Origin: Candidatus Thorarchaeota archaeon | Lineage (GTDB): Archaea > Asgardarchaeota > Thorarchaeia > Thorarchaeales > Thorarchaeaceae | Assembly: GCA_048882325.1 (NCBI GenBank) | Contig: JBHLRS010000004.1 | Location: forward strand, 49,628 to 113,627 | DNA: 64,000 nt | Direction: 5' to 3' | Shown here: in pieces, positions 28,740 to 38,170 of the stretch | Numbering within the stretch: position 1 is the stretch's first letter | Layout of the letters: each line of letters opens with the position of its first letter | Program-made: the position numbers and the translations under genes | Notes under the pieces: model-generated | Databases searched by the model: none | What the model was told of the DNA's origin: nothing | What the model saw: only the letters and a program-made list of their open reading frames with translations

Positions 28740-29117
28740 CTAGTCCTTCTCAGAGTCCTTGCTCTCTTTGATAGCTTCCCGGACATATGAACCAAAATCA
28801 GAGGTTTCTCCGTCACGCTGAACACGTATCTTGGGACCTTCACCCTTTACCTGACGCTCCACATATCGAACATCAAGTTGAGTTATGGTCTGACGAAGCC
28901 CACGATATACAATTAGATAGAGGAGGATATCTTCCACTCGCTTTCCAATATGTGGTTCATTCTTTTTGAGTGCAGATAGATGGCTCTGAGCATTTGAGTC
29001 CAAGAATCTCTGGAGAAGCTTTGTACGTTCCACTTCAGTCTTTTCCATTTGCTCTTTCTGTTCCTGTAACTTTTTTTCACGTGCCACTAGCTTTGCCATT
29101 TTCTTCCTTCTGATCAT
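28740..29117 (-). CDS. PDCD5/TFAR19-like double-stranded DNA-binding protein
   Basis: A Lys/Glu-rich N-terminal helix, then LLQRFLDSNAQSHLSALKKNEPHIGKRVEDILLYLI, matching the ilrqiLtpeAreRL..i.lvkPe.a..vE..l pattern of PF01984. Confidence 0.6.
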   Translation of the reverse strand: MIRRKKMAKLVAREKKLQEQKEQMEKTEVERTKLLQRFLDSNAQSHLSALKKNEPHIGKRVEDILLYLIVYRGLRQTITQLDVRYVERQVKGEGPKIRVQRDGETSDFGSYVREAIKESKDSEKD

Positions 29118-29371
29118 TGCAAGCTCTGTGTCATCGTCGCTCAGTGTGAATTCCTCATTGTTTTGCCCTTTCTAGACACAGTTAAAGATAACGATACAGC
29201 GAGGGTTGGTTTTTTAACTTTCAAGTGGCATCAAGACATAGACAACTTGGACGTGAAGACTGCTTGGCATTGGAAGGTAGATGCACTTGGTTGGGCGCCA
29301 CTGAGGATGAGAAGCCATATTGCCGTCTCAGAGGTCAGGAATTGCCCAAAGGAGAGGTTTCGGGCAAGTGT

Positions 29372-30205
29372 ATGAAACCTGAACGTGCAACAATCTGCAT
29401 TGACGCATATTCCTCTCTTGCTAGGGGACAGGATGCTCTTGAATCAAACAGCACAGATGCGTTTCCTTGGTTGATTGAATCTGCTTCACAGTTTGAGAAT
29501 CTTGGTGAAACCGATAATGCAATTCAAGCGTACATCAAGGCAATCAATTTTGCGAACAAGAATGATATGGTGGAGAAGGCATACGACTTGTTTTGTTCGG
29601 TTCGAACCGTGTATGAAGAAGGAATAGCAGAGAATGATCCAACGCTGACAGCAGCCGAAATAAAGCATGAACTGATGAGGGCAGGAGAAGCAGTAATAGA
29701 AAAGATCGAGCAGGTTGCTGAACGCGCACCGACCACCGAACTCCAGTCAGAGCTGAAAGCGGCTGTACTTGGAGGAGTGACTCTCAAGAAAGCAGATTCA
29801 AAGGAACACACAAAGGATTTGGTTATCAGTCATGGAAGATCACTCTACACTAAGAAGGCACAAGAGTACAAAGATGGGGCAGCTTCATACATTAAATCAG
29901 GCATGATAAAGAATGCTGTAACCCTCGCATGTATGGGAGCATTAGCAGACTTGATGTTGGGAAAAACGAAAGAGGGTATGGCATATCTTACAAAGACTAC
30001 TGCGCAGTCTGGTGAAGCACAGACCTTTAATGAACATCCTTGCTTTGTTTGGACTAAACTAGTCTTCAGAGCCCTGATTGAGAGGGATCAGAATCTTATG
30101 ATTACTGTGAACAAACAATTCTTGGAGATACCTTGGTCATTCAAAGATGATAGAGAATTTGCTAGACGTGTCATGGAATCGGTTGAGAGAAGTATCAGTG
30201 CTTGA
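29372..30205 (+). CDS. helical hypothetical protein (TPR-like?)
   Basis: ORF only. The tracked start is a GTG at 29225, and I prefer the first ATG at 29372, which leaves a ~250-nt divergent intergenic region. Confidence 0.35.
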   Translation: MKPERATICIDAYSSLARGQDALESNSTDAFPWLIESASQFENLGETDNAIQAYIKAINFANKNDMVEKAYDLFCSVRTVYEEGIAENDPTLTAAEIKHELMRAGEAVIEKIEQVAERAPTTELQSELKAAVLGGVTLKKADSKEHTKDLVISHGRSLYTKKAQEYKDGAASYIKSGMIKNAVTLACMGALADLMLGKTKEGMAYLTKTTAQSGEAQTFNEHPCFVWTKLVFRALIERDQNLMITVNKQFLEIPWSFKDDREFARRVMESVERSISA

Positions 30206-31508
30206 TTCGCAAACGAGCGATGAAGAAACCACTTGAGTTGTGTTTGTGTGGGAACAGTCTTGTGACTTTGTTTGAGCATTCAAATCCTCCATATCCTCGA
30301 TTTCCAAAACTTGGAGGGTCCAATAACTCAATACTGTGATGCTTCATTGCTGAGTCGATCTGCGTTTCGCCCTCATGAGGTAGAATTGAACAAGTAGAGT
30401 AAACAATCTCTGTTTCAGGGCGATCTGCATAATTCGTGAGTATGCCTTCGAGTATCTTATTCTGAACGGTCATTAGGGCAAACAGCGTTTCCTTTTTCAA
30501 ACGCCATTTGAAAGAAGGGTAGGACTGTAGAATACCAGTTGACGTGCAAGGAGCGTCAATCAAAATCTTATCAGCATCATGGACTTCAGGTTTTGAAGCA
30601 TCAGAATGAATCCATTCAATTTGTTGAGCATTAAGTAGCTTGGACCGTTCGATAGCCACTTTAACGCGATCCAAATAGACATCACTTGCCACAATTTGGC
30701 CAATTCCGTCCAGTTTCTCTAATATGAGTTGAGTCTTCATTCCAGGAGCTGCACAGGCATCCCATATTTTCTCTCCCGGTTGTGGATTTAGAATATCAAC
30801 TGTGATTACACTGGCTTTGTCTTGGATAAGGATGCGACCATCCTTGAATTGTTGAGACCCCACAACAGACTCAACTCCCTCGACAACTCTATATATCTCA
30901 GGTACATCAGGGTCGCTTTCAGTTGTTAGACCTTCTATTGATGCAAGGATTTCATCGTAATCTTCATGAAGTTTATTGGGTCTGACATAGTAGATTCGTT
31001 TCCCGTTGTTTGCTTTCATCAACTCTATTGCATCATCTTGCTGCATATTGTCAAGTAGAGTCTTCACTAAAAATGTTGGATGTGAATAATCCAAGCTAAG
31101 TCTATTGACTACTGGCATTTTCTTTGTTATGTTAGATAGATTATATGCTGTCGCAAGCCTGAATTCCTTTTGATAGTGTGAATCTATTCTCGGATAGTTT
31201 GATATTGTTTCATCAGAATCAGTTTCGAGCCACTTGACCTCATACAGAGCCAAACGAAGCATGTTCCTGTCACGTGGACCAAGACGAGTAAGTTTCCTTT
31301 TTCCCAACGATCGGGTAAGAATAAAGTCGATACTATTTCTGAACCGGACAACAGAGAGAGATAATGAATGGGTGTGAAACTGTGATACAAGCGAGTCTGC
31401 TGAGGTGGTCTGCATCTCACGCAAGATTGTCTTCATTGAAGTAGCAGACTTTTCATACGTTACAAGTGCATTGATGGCCTCAGTTCGAGCAGATTGTTCA
31501 TGTTTCAT
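30195..31508 (-). CDS. NOL1/NOP2/Sun-family RNA (cytosine-C5)-methyltransferase with a NusB-like N-domain
   Basis: SAM motif I WDACAAPGMKT, catalytic motifs ILIDAPCTSTG (motif IV PC) and YSTCSI (motif VI TC). Confidence 0.75.
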   Translation of the reverse strand: MKHEQSARTEAINALVTYEKSATSMKTILREMQTTSADSLVSQFHTHSLSLSVVRFRNSIDFILTRSLGKRKLTRLGPRDRNMLRLALYEVKWLETDSDETISNYPRIDSHYQKEFRLATAYNLSNITKKMPVVNRLSLDYSHPTFLVKTLLDNMQQDDAIELMKANNGKRIYYVRPNKLHEDYDEILASIEGLTTESDPDVPEIYRVVEGVESVVGSQQFKDGRILIQDKASVITVDILNPQPGEKIWDACAAPGMKTQLILEKLDGIGQIVASDVYLDRVKVAIERSKLLNAQQIEWIHSDASKPEVHDADKILIDAPCTSTGILQSYPSFKWRLKKETLFALMTVQNKILEGILTNYADRPETEIVYSTCSILPHEGETQIDSAMKHHSIELLDPPSFGNRGYGGFECSNKVTRLFPHKHNSSGFFIARLRIKH

Positions 31509-31536
31509 GACACTGTGTCTGAAGCTATATTACTGT

Positions 31537-33579
31537 TCAATCTTGTTGTCTGTTTTTTATCGGAGGCATAACATTGGCATACCCATCCATGACAATTACA
31601 CCATCTGCATTGAAGACATCAAACCTAAGTCGACACAGGTTGTTCTCTGGGATTTTTTCAGTCACCTCAACAACTGCTCTGATTTCATCGCCAGGATAGA
31701 CTGGTGCTTTGAAGTTTACCTTCATATTGAACGCTAGTGTTCCCAAACCTGGAAGTTGCGTTCCAATAACACGTGCAACTAGTGCACCTCCAATTGGACC
31801 ATGAGCAATACGTTTTCCGAAAATAGTTGTAGCTGCATACTCATCATCCACGTGAAGTGCGTTATAGTCACCAGACATCTGAGCGTATAGATCAATATGC
31901 TCGTCTGTTACTAACATTGTTGATTCTGCTATCTCGCCGACCTCTATTTCATCCAAACTCTTGCCTAGTTTAAACTTGGATTCTTTTTCTGTTCTTTTGG
32001 TTTCAATAGGAGCCTCATCGGTCTTTTTGGTACCTTGAAGAATCTCTGGAGTAAATCTGAACATTCTCGCGAATTTCATCAATAACTCCATGTCATCTGT
32101 GTCAATAACGACTTTCTCAGTCATCATGGCTTGCATGGCATCAAGTTTCCCTAGCAAGATATTTCGCCATGTTGCTGAGTCTGTCTTCACAGTCATCTCT
32201 GGAGTATCTGTGTCACCCTTCTCAATGGAACACTTCTGATCGTTGATCTTCAACAACCACGAATCAGTGTCATCAAAGTAGAATCGAATAACAGCGGATA
32301 CACCTTCTGCGCGTTCAGGTCGAAATCCATTTGGAATGCTGGACATCATGGCATCGAAATCAATGGCATCCATGTCAGGCAAGACTTGGAAAGAGCTATC
32401 ACGTTTACTTTCGATATAGACCTCTCTCTGGATTAAGAATCGCAAAATCTCCGAGGTACCGCCCCCGATTGTACCCAATCTTGCGTCACGGTAGAACTTT
32501 TCAAGTGGGTAGAAGTCCTTGACATATCCCGCCCCTCCACAGACCTGAATCGCCATGTCACAGACTTCTACCGAAACTTCAGTTGCGTAGAGCTTAGCAA
32601 TCGTAGCTTCCTTTGTACATGGAAGGTCATTTTGAATCATCCGTGCAGCAGAAATCAGAAGAAGTCTTGCATTGCGCATTTTCACAGCCATATCAGCAAT
32701 CTTGAACGAAACTCCTTCAAATCGAGAGATGGGTTGACCAAACTGTTCCCGTTCTTGTGAATAGTTAACAGCAATCTCATATGGAGTCCTCATACAACCC
32801 AATGCCTCTGCAGCAATTCCAACTCGCTCTGAGTCCAATTCATTCATCAAGATTAGGAATCCCTGATTCTGCTTTCCGAGAAGATTCTCCTTTGGAACCT
32901 TTAGATTGTTCAGTCTGAAATGTGTCACGCGAACACCATCGCGACCCATCAGATTGAAGTCTTTCTCAACCTTAAAACCGTCCCAAGAGGTCTCGATTAT
33001 AAATGCAGACATGCCACTCTTACTGTCCACATGAGGATTAGTTATCGCAAACACTACAATCTGATCTGCAATACTACCATTTGTGATGTAACGCTTTTCA
33101 CCATTGAGCACCCAACACTCTTCTTTTTCATCCCACTTTGCATTGGTGACCATTCCAGCTGTGTCGCTGCCAACTTTAGGTTCGGTGATGGCAAGAGCAC
33201 CAATTTTCTCCCCCCGAGCCAGCGGTACTAGATACTTCTCCTTCTGTTCCTCTGTCCCATAACGAAGAATCGGAATTGCTGAGAGTGTGCAGCTCGCTCC
33301 AAACATCATAGTTGCTGAAGGACAGATTGCAGAAATCTCCTCTCCTGCAATCAGCTGATACATAAATGGTTTCTCTGATCCTCCGTACATTTTAGGTATC
33401 AAGAGACCTGAGAGACCGAAATCTCCTAGTTTTTTGAAATACCTGCGATGATTGAAATCAGGGCTGGTAATACTGTTCACAAGTGGCGTAATTTCCTTTT
33501 CAGCCCATTCTCTAACCCTCGAGCGAAATTCGAGCTCATCTTTTGTGTATAACAACATGTCATCATTCATTTGAGTCAT
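31537..33579 (-). CDS. tri-domain fusion: acyl-CoA dehydrogenase + SCP2 sterol-carrier domain + MaoC-like (R)-hydratase hot-dog domain
   Basis: ACAD core covers aa ~30-400 (ALAITEPKVGSDTAGM, RYITNG, catalytic-base region EILRFLIQREVY). The SCP2 domain reads AVIRFYFDDTDSWLLKI...GKLDAMQAMMTEKVVIDTD. The MaoC domain reads SGDYNALHVDDEYAATTIFGKRIAHG. Confidence 0.8.
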   Translation of the reverse strand: MTQMNDDMLLYTKDELEFRSRVREWAEKEITPLVNSITSPDFNHRRYFKKLGDFGLSGLLIPKMYGGSEKPFMYQLIAGEEISAICPSATMMFGASCTLSAIPILRYGTEEQKEKYLVPLARGEKIGALAITEPKVGSDTAGMVTNAKWDEKEECWVLNGEKRYITNGSIADQIVVFAITNPHVDSKSGMSAFIIETSWDGFKVEKDFNLMGRDGVRVTHFRLNNLKVPKENLLGKQNQGFLILMNELDSERVGIAAEALGCMRTPYEIAVNYSQEREQFGQPISRFEGVSFKIADMAVKMRNARLLLISAARMIQNDLPCTKEATIAKLYATEVSVEVCDMAIQVCGGAGYVKDFYPLEKFYRDARLGTIGGGTSEILRFLIQREVYIESKRDSSFQVLPDMDAIDFDAMMSSIPNGFRPERAEGVSAVIRFYFDDTDSWLLKINDQKCSIEKGDTDTPEMTVKTDSATWRNILLGKLDAMQAMMTEKVVIDTDDMELLMKFARMFRFTPEILQGTKKTDEAPIETKRTEKESKFKLGKSLDEIEVGEIAESTMLVTDEHIDLYAQMSGDYNALHVDDEYAATTIFGKRIAHGPIGGALVARVIGTQLPGLGTLAFNMKVNFKAPVYPGDEIRAVVEVTEKIPENNLCRLRFDVFNADGVIVMDGYANVMPPIKNRQQD

Positions 33580-33705
33580 ATATCAGCACCAAATTTCGAT
33601 TCAATCGATTAGACAACCGCACGCAGTTTAGAAGCTCTTAAATCTCCTCTCATCGCCGACCTATCCTCACCAGATTAATCTAAGAAGAGGAGACAAGGAT
33701 TTCGT

Positions 33706-35364
33706 ATGCGTTTCTTTGGTCATCTCATAAAGGGTGAGAAGTCAGAACCAGTATCAGGACAGACAAGCTTCTTCCCAAACATGAACAAAGCAATCGGAGA
33801 TCCTAGACTGCTTTACGCGATGGCACTTAGAGAACAAGGATCACTAAGTAGATTTGCAGCTAGGTATTTTTCAGGACAAATGCCTGAAAAGGCACCAGAA
33901 ATAAGATTGCTGAAGGACTATATCAAGGTCCATGGATATCCACAAGCGTCAGATGATGAAATTCAGGAGATAATGTTTGCCGGGTACGCAATTGGTGGAC
34001 CCAAAGAAGCAGCGATTGCATGTGAGGAGGCTCATGCAATCCGTCGTTTCATGCATAAGGAGTACTATGAGAAAGGGGAGGGTCTAACCCTTAAAGAACG
34101 TGCTGAGAGTCTGATCAAAGTTGGGGAAGTGCTTTGGAAACACTATGATGATTTCAAGGAGATTGGTATAGCAGAGGGAACCCCTGTCAAATTGTTTGAT
34201 TGGCAGACAACAGGTGTGTTTAAGACTCTATACAAAGAGCACATTGACTTTGCAAGTTCTAGGATAGAATCCAGAGAGATTCCTAGCTCGACAGAAGGAG
34301 AACGCACCATTCTGAGCCGCTATCCGTTTGGCGCTGTAGGACTCTTTCCACCATACAACGCAGCAATCGGTTTAGGGGGGATGGCTATCATTTCAAGCTA
34401 TTGGGCTGGGAACGCGACAGTAACTAGAACGCCATCAAAGATGCCCTTGACCAACATGGAGCTGGCGTATGTCTTAACTGAAGCAATGAATGATCTAGAT
34501 TTCCCGAAGAGTGCTTTTCAGTCAGTCATCGGTCCTGCTCGAAGCATTGCTCATTATATGGTAAATGAGTCACCTTTGAATGCAATGGTGTACTATGGTG
34601 ATTCTAACATAGGTCTTGAACTGATGTCACAAGCTGTACAAAGAGGGCTCCATTTCGTACCTGAACTTGCAGGGAGTGGTGCAAGCCTTGTTTGGAAAGA
34701 TGTAGACATAGACAGAGTGACAGATTATGTGAACCATGCACGATTCTTTGGCTCAGGTCAAATCTGTCTAGCTGCTAAGAGACTCTTTCTACATGAAGCA
34801 ATCTACAATGATTTCATGGAAGTGCTCGTTGAGAAAAGCCAGAAACTGAAGGTTGGTTTCCCAGAAGATCCAAACACTGATTTACCCATTATTGGTGCTC
34901 GTGCACTCTATCAAAACATCGATATGATTCGTGAAGCAGTCGGTAAAGGTGCTAGGTTAGAAACTGGTGGCTATCGCTTAAATGCTCAAGGTGAACGCGA
35001 TAAAGCAGGTCTGTTTCTTAAGCCAACAATTCTGAGTGATGTTCCACTCGATTGCAAGATGTGGTACCATGAAACCTTTGGTCCAGTGCTACCAGTCATG
35101 AAGGTGAGCTCATTTGAACAGGCGATCAACCAAGCAAACAACTCACCGTATGGATTAAGGACATCAGTCTACAGCGACGATCCTGAAATCTGGCAACGCT
35201 TCTTTGACGAGATTGAAGCCCCGGGAATAGCAGTTAACACGGATCATCTACACTTTGATGACTACTATCCACATTTAGGTGGATTGAAAATGAGTGGTCT
35301 CTTTGGTGGAAAATACTTCTATGAAGTCCTGACATACTTGAAGTATATGCATCTCCCTTCATAA
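33706..35364 (+). CDS. aldehyde dehydrogenase family protein with a ~100-aa N-terminal extension
   Basis: ALDH hallmarks: ELAGSGASLV (ELGG-type Glu), catalytic Cys in FGSGQICLAAKRLFLHE, ETFGPVLPV, and a Rossmann GxxxxG region. Confidence 0.75.
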   Translation: MRFFGHLIKGEKSEPVSGQTSFFPNMNKAIGDPRLLYAMALREQGSLSRFAARYFSGQMPEKAPEIRLLKDYIKVHGYPQASDDEIQEIMFAGYAIGGPKEAAIACEEAHAIRRFMHKEYYEKGEGLTLKERAESLIKVGEVLWKHYDDFKEIGIAEGTPVKLFDWQTTGVFKTLYKEHIDFASSRIESREIPSSTEGERTILSRYPFGAVGLFPPYNAAIGLGGMAIISSYWAGNATVTRTPSKMPLTNMELAYVLTEAMNDLDFPKSAFQSVIGPARSIAHYMVNESPLNAMVYYGDSNIGLELMSQAVQRGLHFVPELAGSGASLVWKDVDIDRVTDYVNHARFFGSGQICLAAKRLFLHEAIYNDFMEVLVEKSQKLKVGFPEDPNTDLPIIGARALYQNIDMIREAVGKGARLETGGYRLNAQGERDKAGLFLKPTILSDVPLDCKMWYHETFGPVLPVMKVSSFEQAINQANNSPYGLRTSVYSDDPEIWQRFFDEIEAPGIAVNTDHLHFDDYYPHLGGLKMSGLFGGKYFYEVLTYLKYMHLPS

Positions 35365-35844
35365 GATGCGTTCATACAGCTGAACAGACATGTCTTTAGC
35401 TTGTTCATATGGTTCACCCCATGGGCGAAAACCATACTTCTTCATGAGCTTCTCTCCTACCTCCTGACCAACAAGAATATTGCAATAGTTACGAACACAC
35501 CCATGAGCACGTCCATACTCAGCAAATTGAATATACATAGCTGACGCGAGACCCGAACCCCTACATTCTGGGAGCACAGTTTGATGCTCTCCAAACAGAC
35601 CCTTCTCCGTGATTTGTGCTTTGTATAGCCCAACAATCTTGCCTTTGAATCGGCTACCAAAGTAATGATAGCCATTCCTCATATCTGCAACAACCTGCTC
35701 AGGTGTGTAGATACGTTTCTTCCGCCAATGTTCCGGATACTCGAGAGCGAGCGGCCAGACTTCTTTGAAGAGTTCTGAAATCTCCATCGCATCTTTCTCT
35801 TCAAATTCAACTATACGAATCTCTTCTGGCAAGAATTTATCCAA
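35359..35844 (-). CDS. GNAT-family N-acetyltransferase
   Basis: A 161-aa protein with the acetyl-CoA-binding stretch (V/I)..ECRGSGLASAM. Confidence 0.55.
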   Translation of the reverse strand: MDKFLPEEIRIVEFEEKDAMEISELFKEVWPLALEYPEHWRKKRIYTPEQVVADMRNGYHYFGSRFKGKIVGLYKAQITEKGLFGEHQTVLPECRGSGLASAMYIQFAEYGRAHGCVRNYCNILVGQEVGEKLMKKYGFRPWGEPYEQAKDMSVQLYERIL

Positions 35845-35894
35845 TTTTATCAGGACCTACAAATCTGGTTGGTGTTATAATTCCTGAGGTTTAT

Positions 35895-37016
35895 CTAGTT
35901 CGTGCTAGTCTGAGCTGCCCAATCGTATGCTTCTTGTTCTGGTGTACAACCACCGCAATGATGGCAACCAGCAGTTGTCTTCTCAGGGTTGATCCCATTT
36001 CTGAATAGAATCAAACCAACTTTTTTGTAAAACTCAACGGATTCTTCGAGGTTGTCAACATAAGTTGGGACATACTGTGCTAGCTGACTACCAAAAGCTG
36101 GACGGACTGGGGCGACGATTGGAAGAACTCCAATAGATGCCAGTTCCTCTACTACTTGGAGTGTTTGCTCACTGTCTTCTCCTAATCCTTGAAGAACGTA
36201 CGTACTAACATTACCACGGTCAAAGTGTTCTAGAGCGATTTTGAACCGCTCCCGATAGAAATCTAATGAGCCATAATCATATTTGCCTGGAACCATCTTT
36301 TTTCGAACTGATTCATCAGTACTTTCAATGTGCATACCTATGGCATTTGCTCCTGCTTTAGCCACCTCTGATATCAGCTGATGATCAACCGGAGGTTCAA
36401 ACTGGACTCCAACGGGAATATCAGTCGAGTCACGTATGGCCCGGATTATCTTAATGAGTAGGGCACTTCCCATATCAGGTGAATCAGTGGTTCCTGTAGT
36501 CAACAGAACATCATCGATTGCACCTTCACGCTGGGCAGCCAGCACAACCTCAACTATCTGTTCAGGGGTCTTCTCCAGTACCGTATTGCCTGATGTGTAA
36601 GAATGAGGTATCGTGCAGAATTTACATTGTGAACCTTGGTCCCAATATTTGCAACCTTGATATACGGTAGTAGCTAGCGTACGAGAACCGTGTAAGAGAG
36701 CTATGCTGGAGTAAGGAATACCATCAGCAGTTGAATAATCATAGAACTTAGGTTTTGGAACTAATTTCAGTTCAACAGAGCCATCGTATAGCCATATTTT
36801 TGGATCATTGGTTTCCTCAAGTTGCGCAGAATGATAGCGTTCTGCCATGGTTCCCTGTCTGATCGGTACGCCACACGGACGTCCATTGGGTAGAAAGAAA
36901 TACATTGCACCAACGGGTCCTGCACCTCCCTTTCTTCCGCTGAACTTGTCTTCTGGTAGGACAGCCCCCTCTGTAAGAAGTCTAACCTTGAGTCGGAGCA
37001 GTTCATCAACATCCAT
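35895..37016 (-). CDS. putative radical-SAM-like/TIM-barrel Fe-S protein with non-canonical Cys spacing, last gene of the glp operon
   Basis: CKYWDQGSQCKFC (C-x8-C-x2-C) near the N-terminus of a predicted beta/alpha barrel, a GGE-like LLTTGTTD segment, and a C-terminal CHHCGGC. Not the canonical Cx3Cx2C. Confidence 0.3.
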   Translation of the reverse strand: MDVDELLRLKVRLLTEGAVLPEDKFSGRKGGAGPVGAMYFFLPNGRPCGVPIRQGTMAERYHSAQLEETNDPKIWLYDGSVELKLVPKPKFYDYSTADGIPYSSIALLHGSRTLATTVYQGCKYWDQGSQCKFCTIPHSYTSGNTVLEKTPEQIVEVVLAAQREGAIDDVLLTTGTTDSPDMGSALLIKIIRAIRDSTDIPVGVQFEPPVDHQLISEVAKAGANAIGMHIESTDESVRKKMVPGKYDYGSLDFYRERFKIALEHFDRGNVSTYVLQGLGEDSEQTLQVVEELASIGVLPIVAPVRPAFGSQLAQYVPTYVDNLEESVEFYKKVGLILFRNGINPEKTTAGCHHCGGCTPEQEAYDWAAQTSTN

Positions 37017-37045
37017 TCTAAGTCCTCAGGCCGTACAAATGACAC

Positions 37046-38170
37046 CTAATCTATCTTATTATACCTGCCAGAAATCACTCTGATAATAAACTCTGGTATA
37101 TCAAACACCTCAATACCAGAATCTGATTGGGAGGATAGTATATTCTTACAGAAAGGGCATGAGGTCACGAGATAACGGGCACCAACATTTTTCGCATGCT
37201 GAATCCTTTCTGCGCCAATTACCTTCGCATGCTCTGGGAACAGTGTTCGGAGTCCAGCGCCATTGCCACAACACATTGCATTCTCCCTGTTTCGCTCCAT
37301 TTCAACTATACTTGATCCGGTTACCTTTTCGATTATTTCTCGTGGTGCATCGTATATGCCTGAATGCCTTCCAAGATGACAGGGATCGTGATATGTGACT
37401 TTACCCTCTATTCCGCCTTGTGGCAGCCTGTCTATGGATTCTCGAAGGAACTCGCTGATATGGTGTACAGGCTTGTTAAGCTTTGTATCAGTCTGAAGAT
37501 AGTCATTTGTTAACGCGCGATAACACCCAGGGCATGTAGTTAAGATGGATACAGCATCACTTCGATTCAAGACCTCAATATTGTGCCTTGCAGCCATTAA
37601 GCCAAGGTCATGATCTCCTGTTCTGAATAGTGGACTACCGCAACACCACTCATCTGCAGATAGTTCTACAGTGTAGCCAAGTTGTTCTAGAAGAAGCACA
37701 GTGTTTTGAGCGATGTCCTTTTCTCGGTAGGCTGCTGTACAGCCTGTGAAGTAAAGGATCTTTGTTCCTTTCGAATTCCTAATTGTAATCTCTTCATTAC
37801 GAGTCAGCTGGTCTTCCCCGAAAGGATTGTGCGTTTCCTTAATGAGTTGAGCAATTCTGGCAACGCCTTCAGGTTGATGGTTTGCTTTCACAAGTTCTCG
37901 TCGTTTTTCTTCAACAAGTGTAGCTATGTCAATCTCTGGTTTGCACCATGTGAGGCAGTGACTACATTCGAGACACTGATACAATACCTCTACGCCTCGT
38001 GCATCGATCTCGCGTGTACCAGTGATTTCTTGATGAAGCAGAAGAGCACGACCATGAGGAGTAGGTGCATCTGACTTCCAAGCAAAGAATGTCGGACAAA
38101 CATGTCGACACATCTTGGGGCATGCTGCACACATTCTCACTTGCTCTGCAATTGTGTCTGAATCTAACAC
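37046..38170 (-). CDS. GlcF/HdrD-like Fe-S oxidoreductase subunit with two CCG domains
   Basis: Ferredoxin-like clusters (CAACPKMCRHVCP; CLECSHCLTWCKP) and two CCG Cys-rich domains (FTGCTAAY...CCGSP; HDPCHLGRH...CCGNGAG). Confidence 0.7.
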   Translation of the reverse strand: MLDSDTIAEQVRMCAACPKMCRHVCPTFFAWKSDAPTPHGRALLLHQEITGTREIDARGVEVLYQCLECSHCLTWCKPEIDIATLVEEKRRELVKANHQPEGVARIAQLIKETHNPFGEDQLTRNEEITIRNSKGTKILYFTGCTAAYREKDIAQNTVLLLEQLGYTVELSADEWCCGSPLFRTGDHDLGLMAARHNIEVLNRSDAVSILTTCPGCYRALTNDYLQTDTKLNKPVHHISEFLRESIDRLPQGGIEGKVTYHDPCHLGRHSGIYDAPREIIEKVTGSSIVEMERNRENAMCCGNGAGLRTLFPEHAKVIGAERIQHAKNVGARYLVTSCPFCKNILSSQSDSGIEVFDIPEFIIRVISGRYNKID

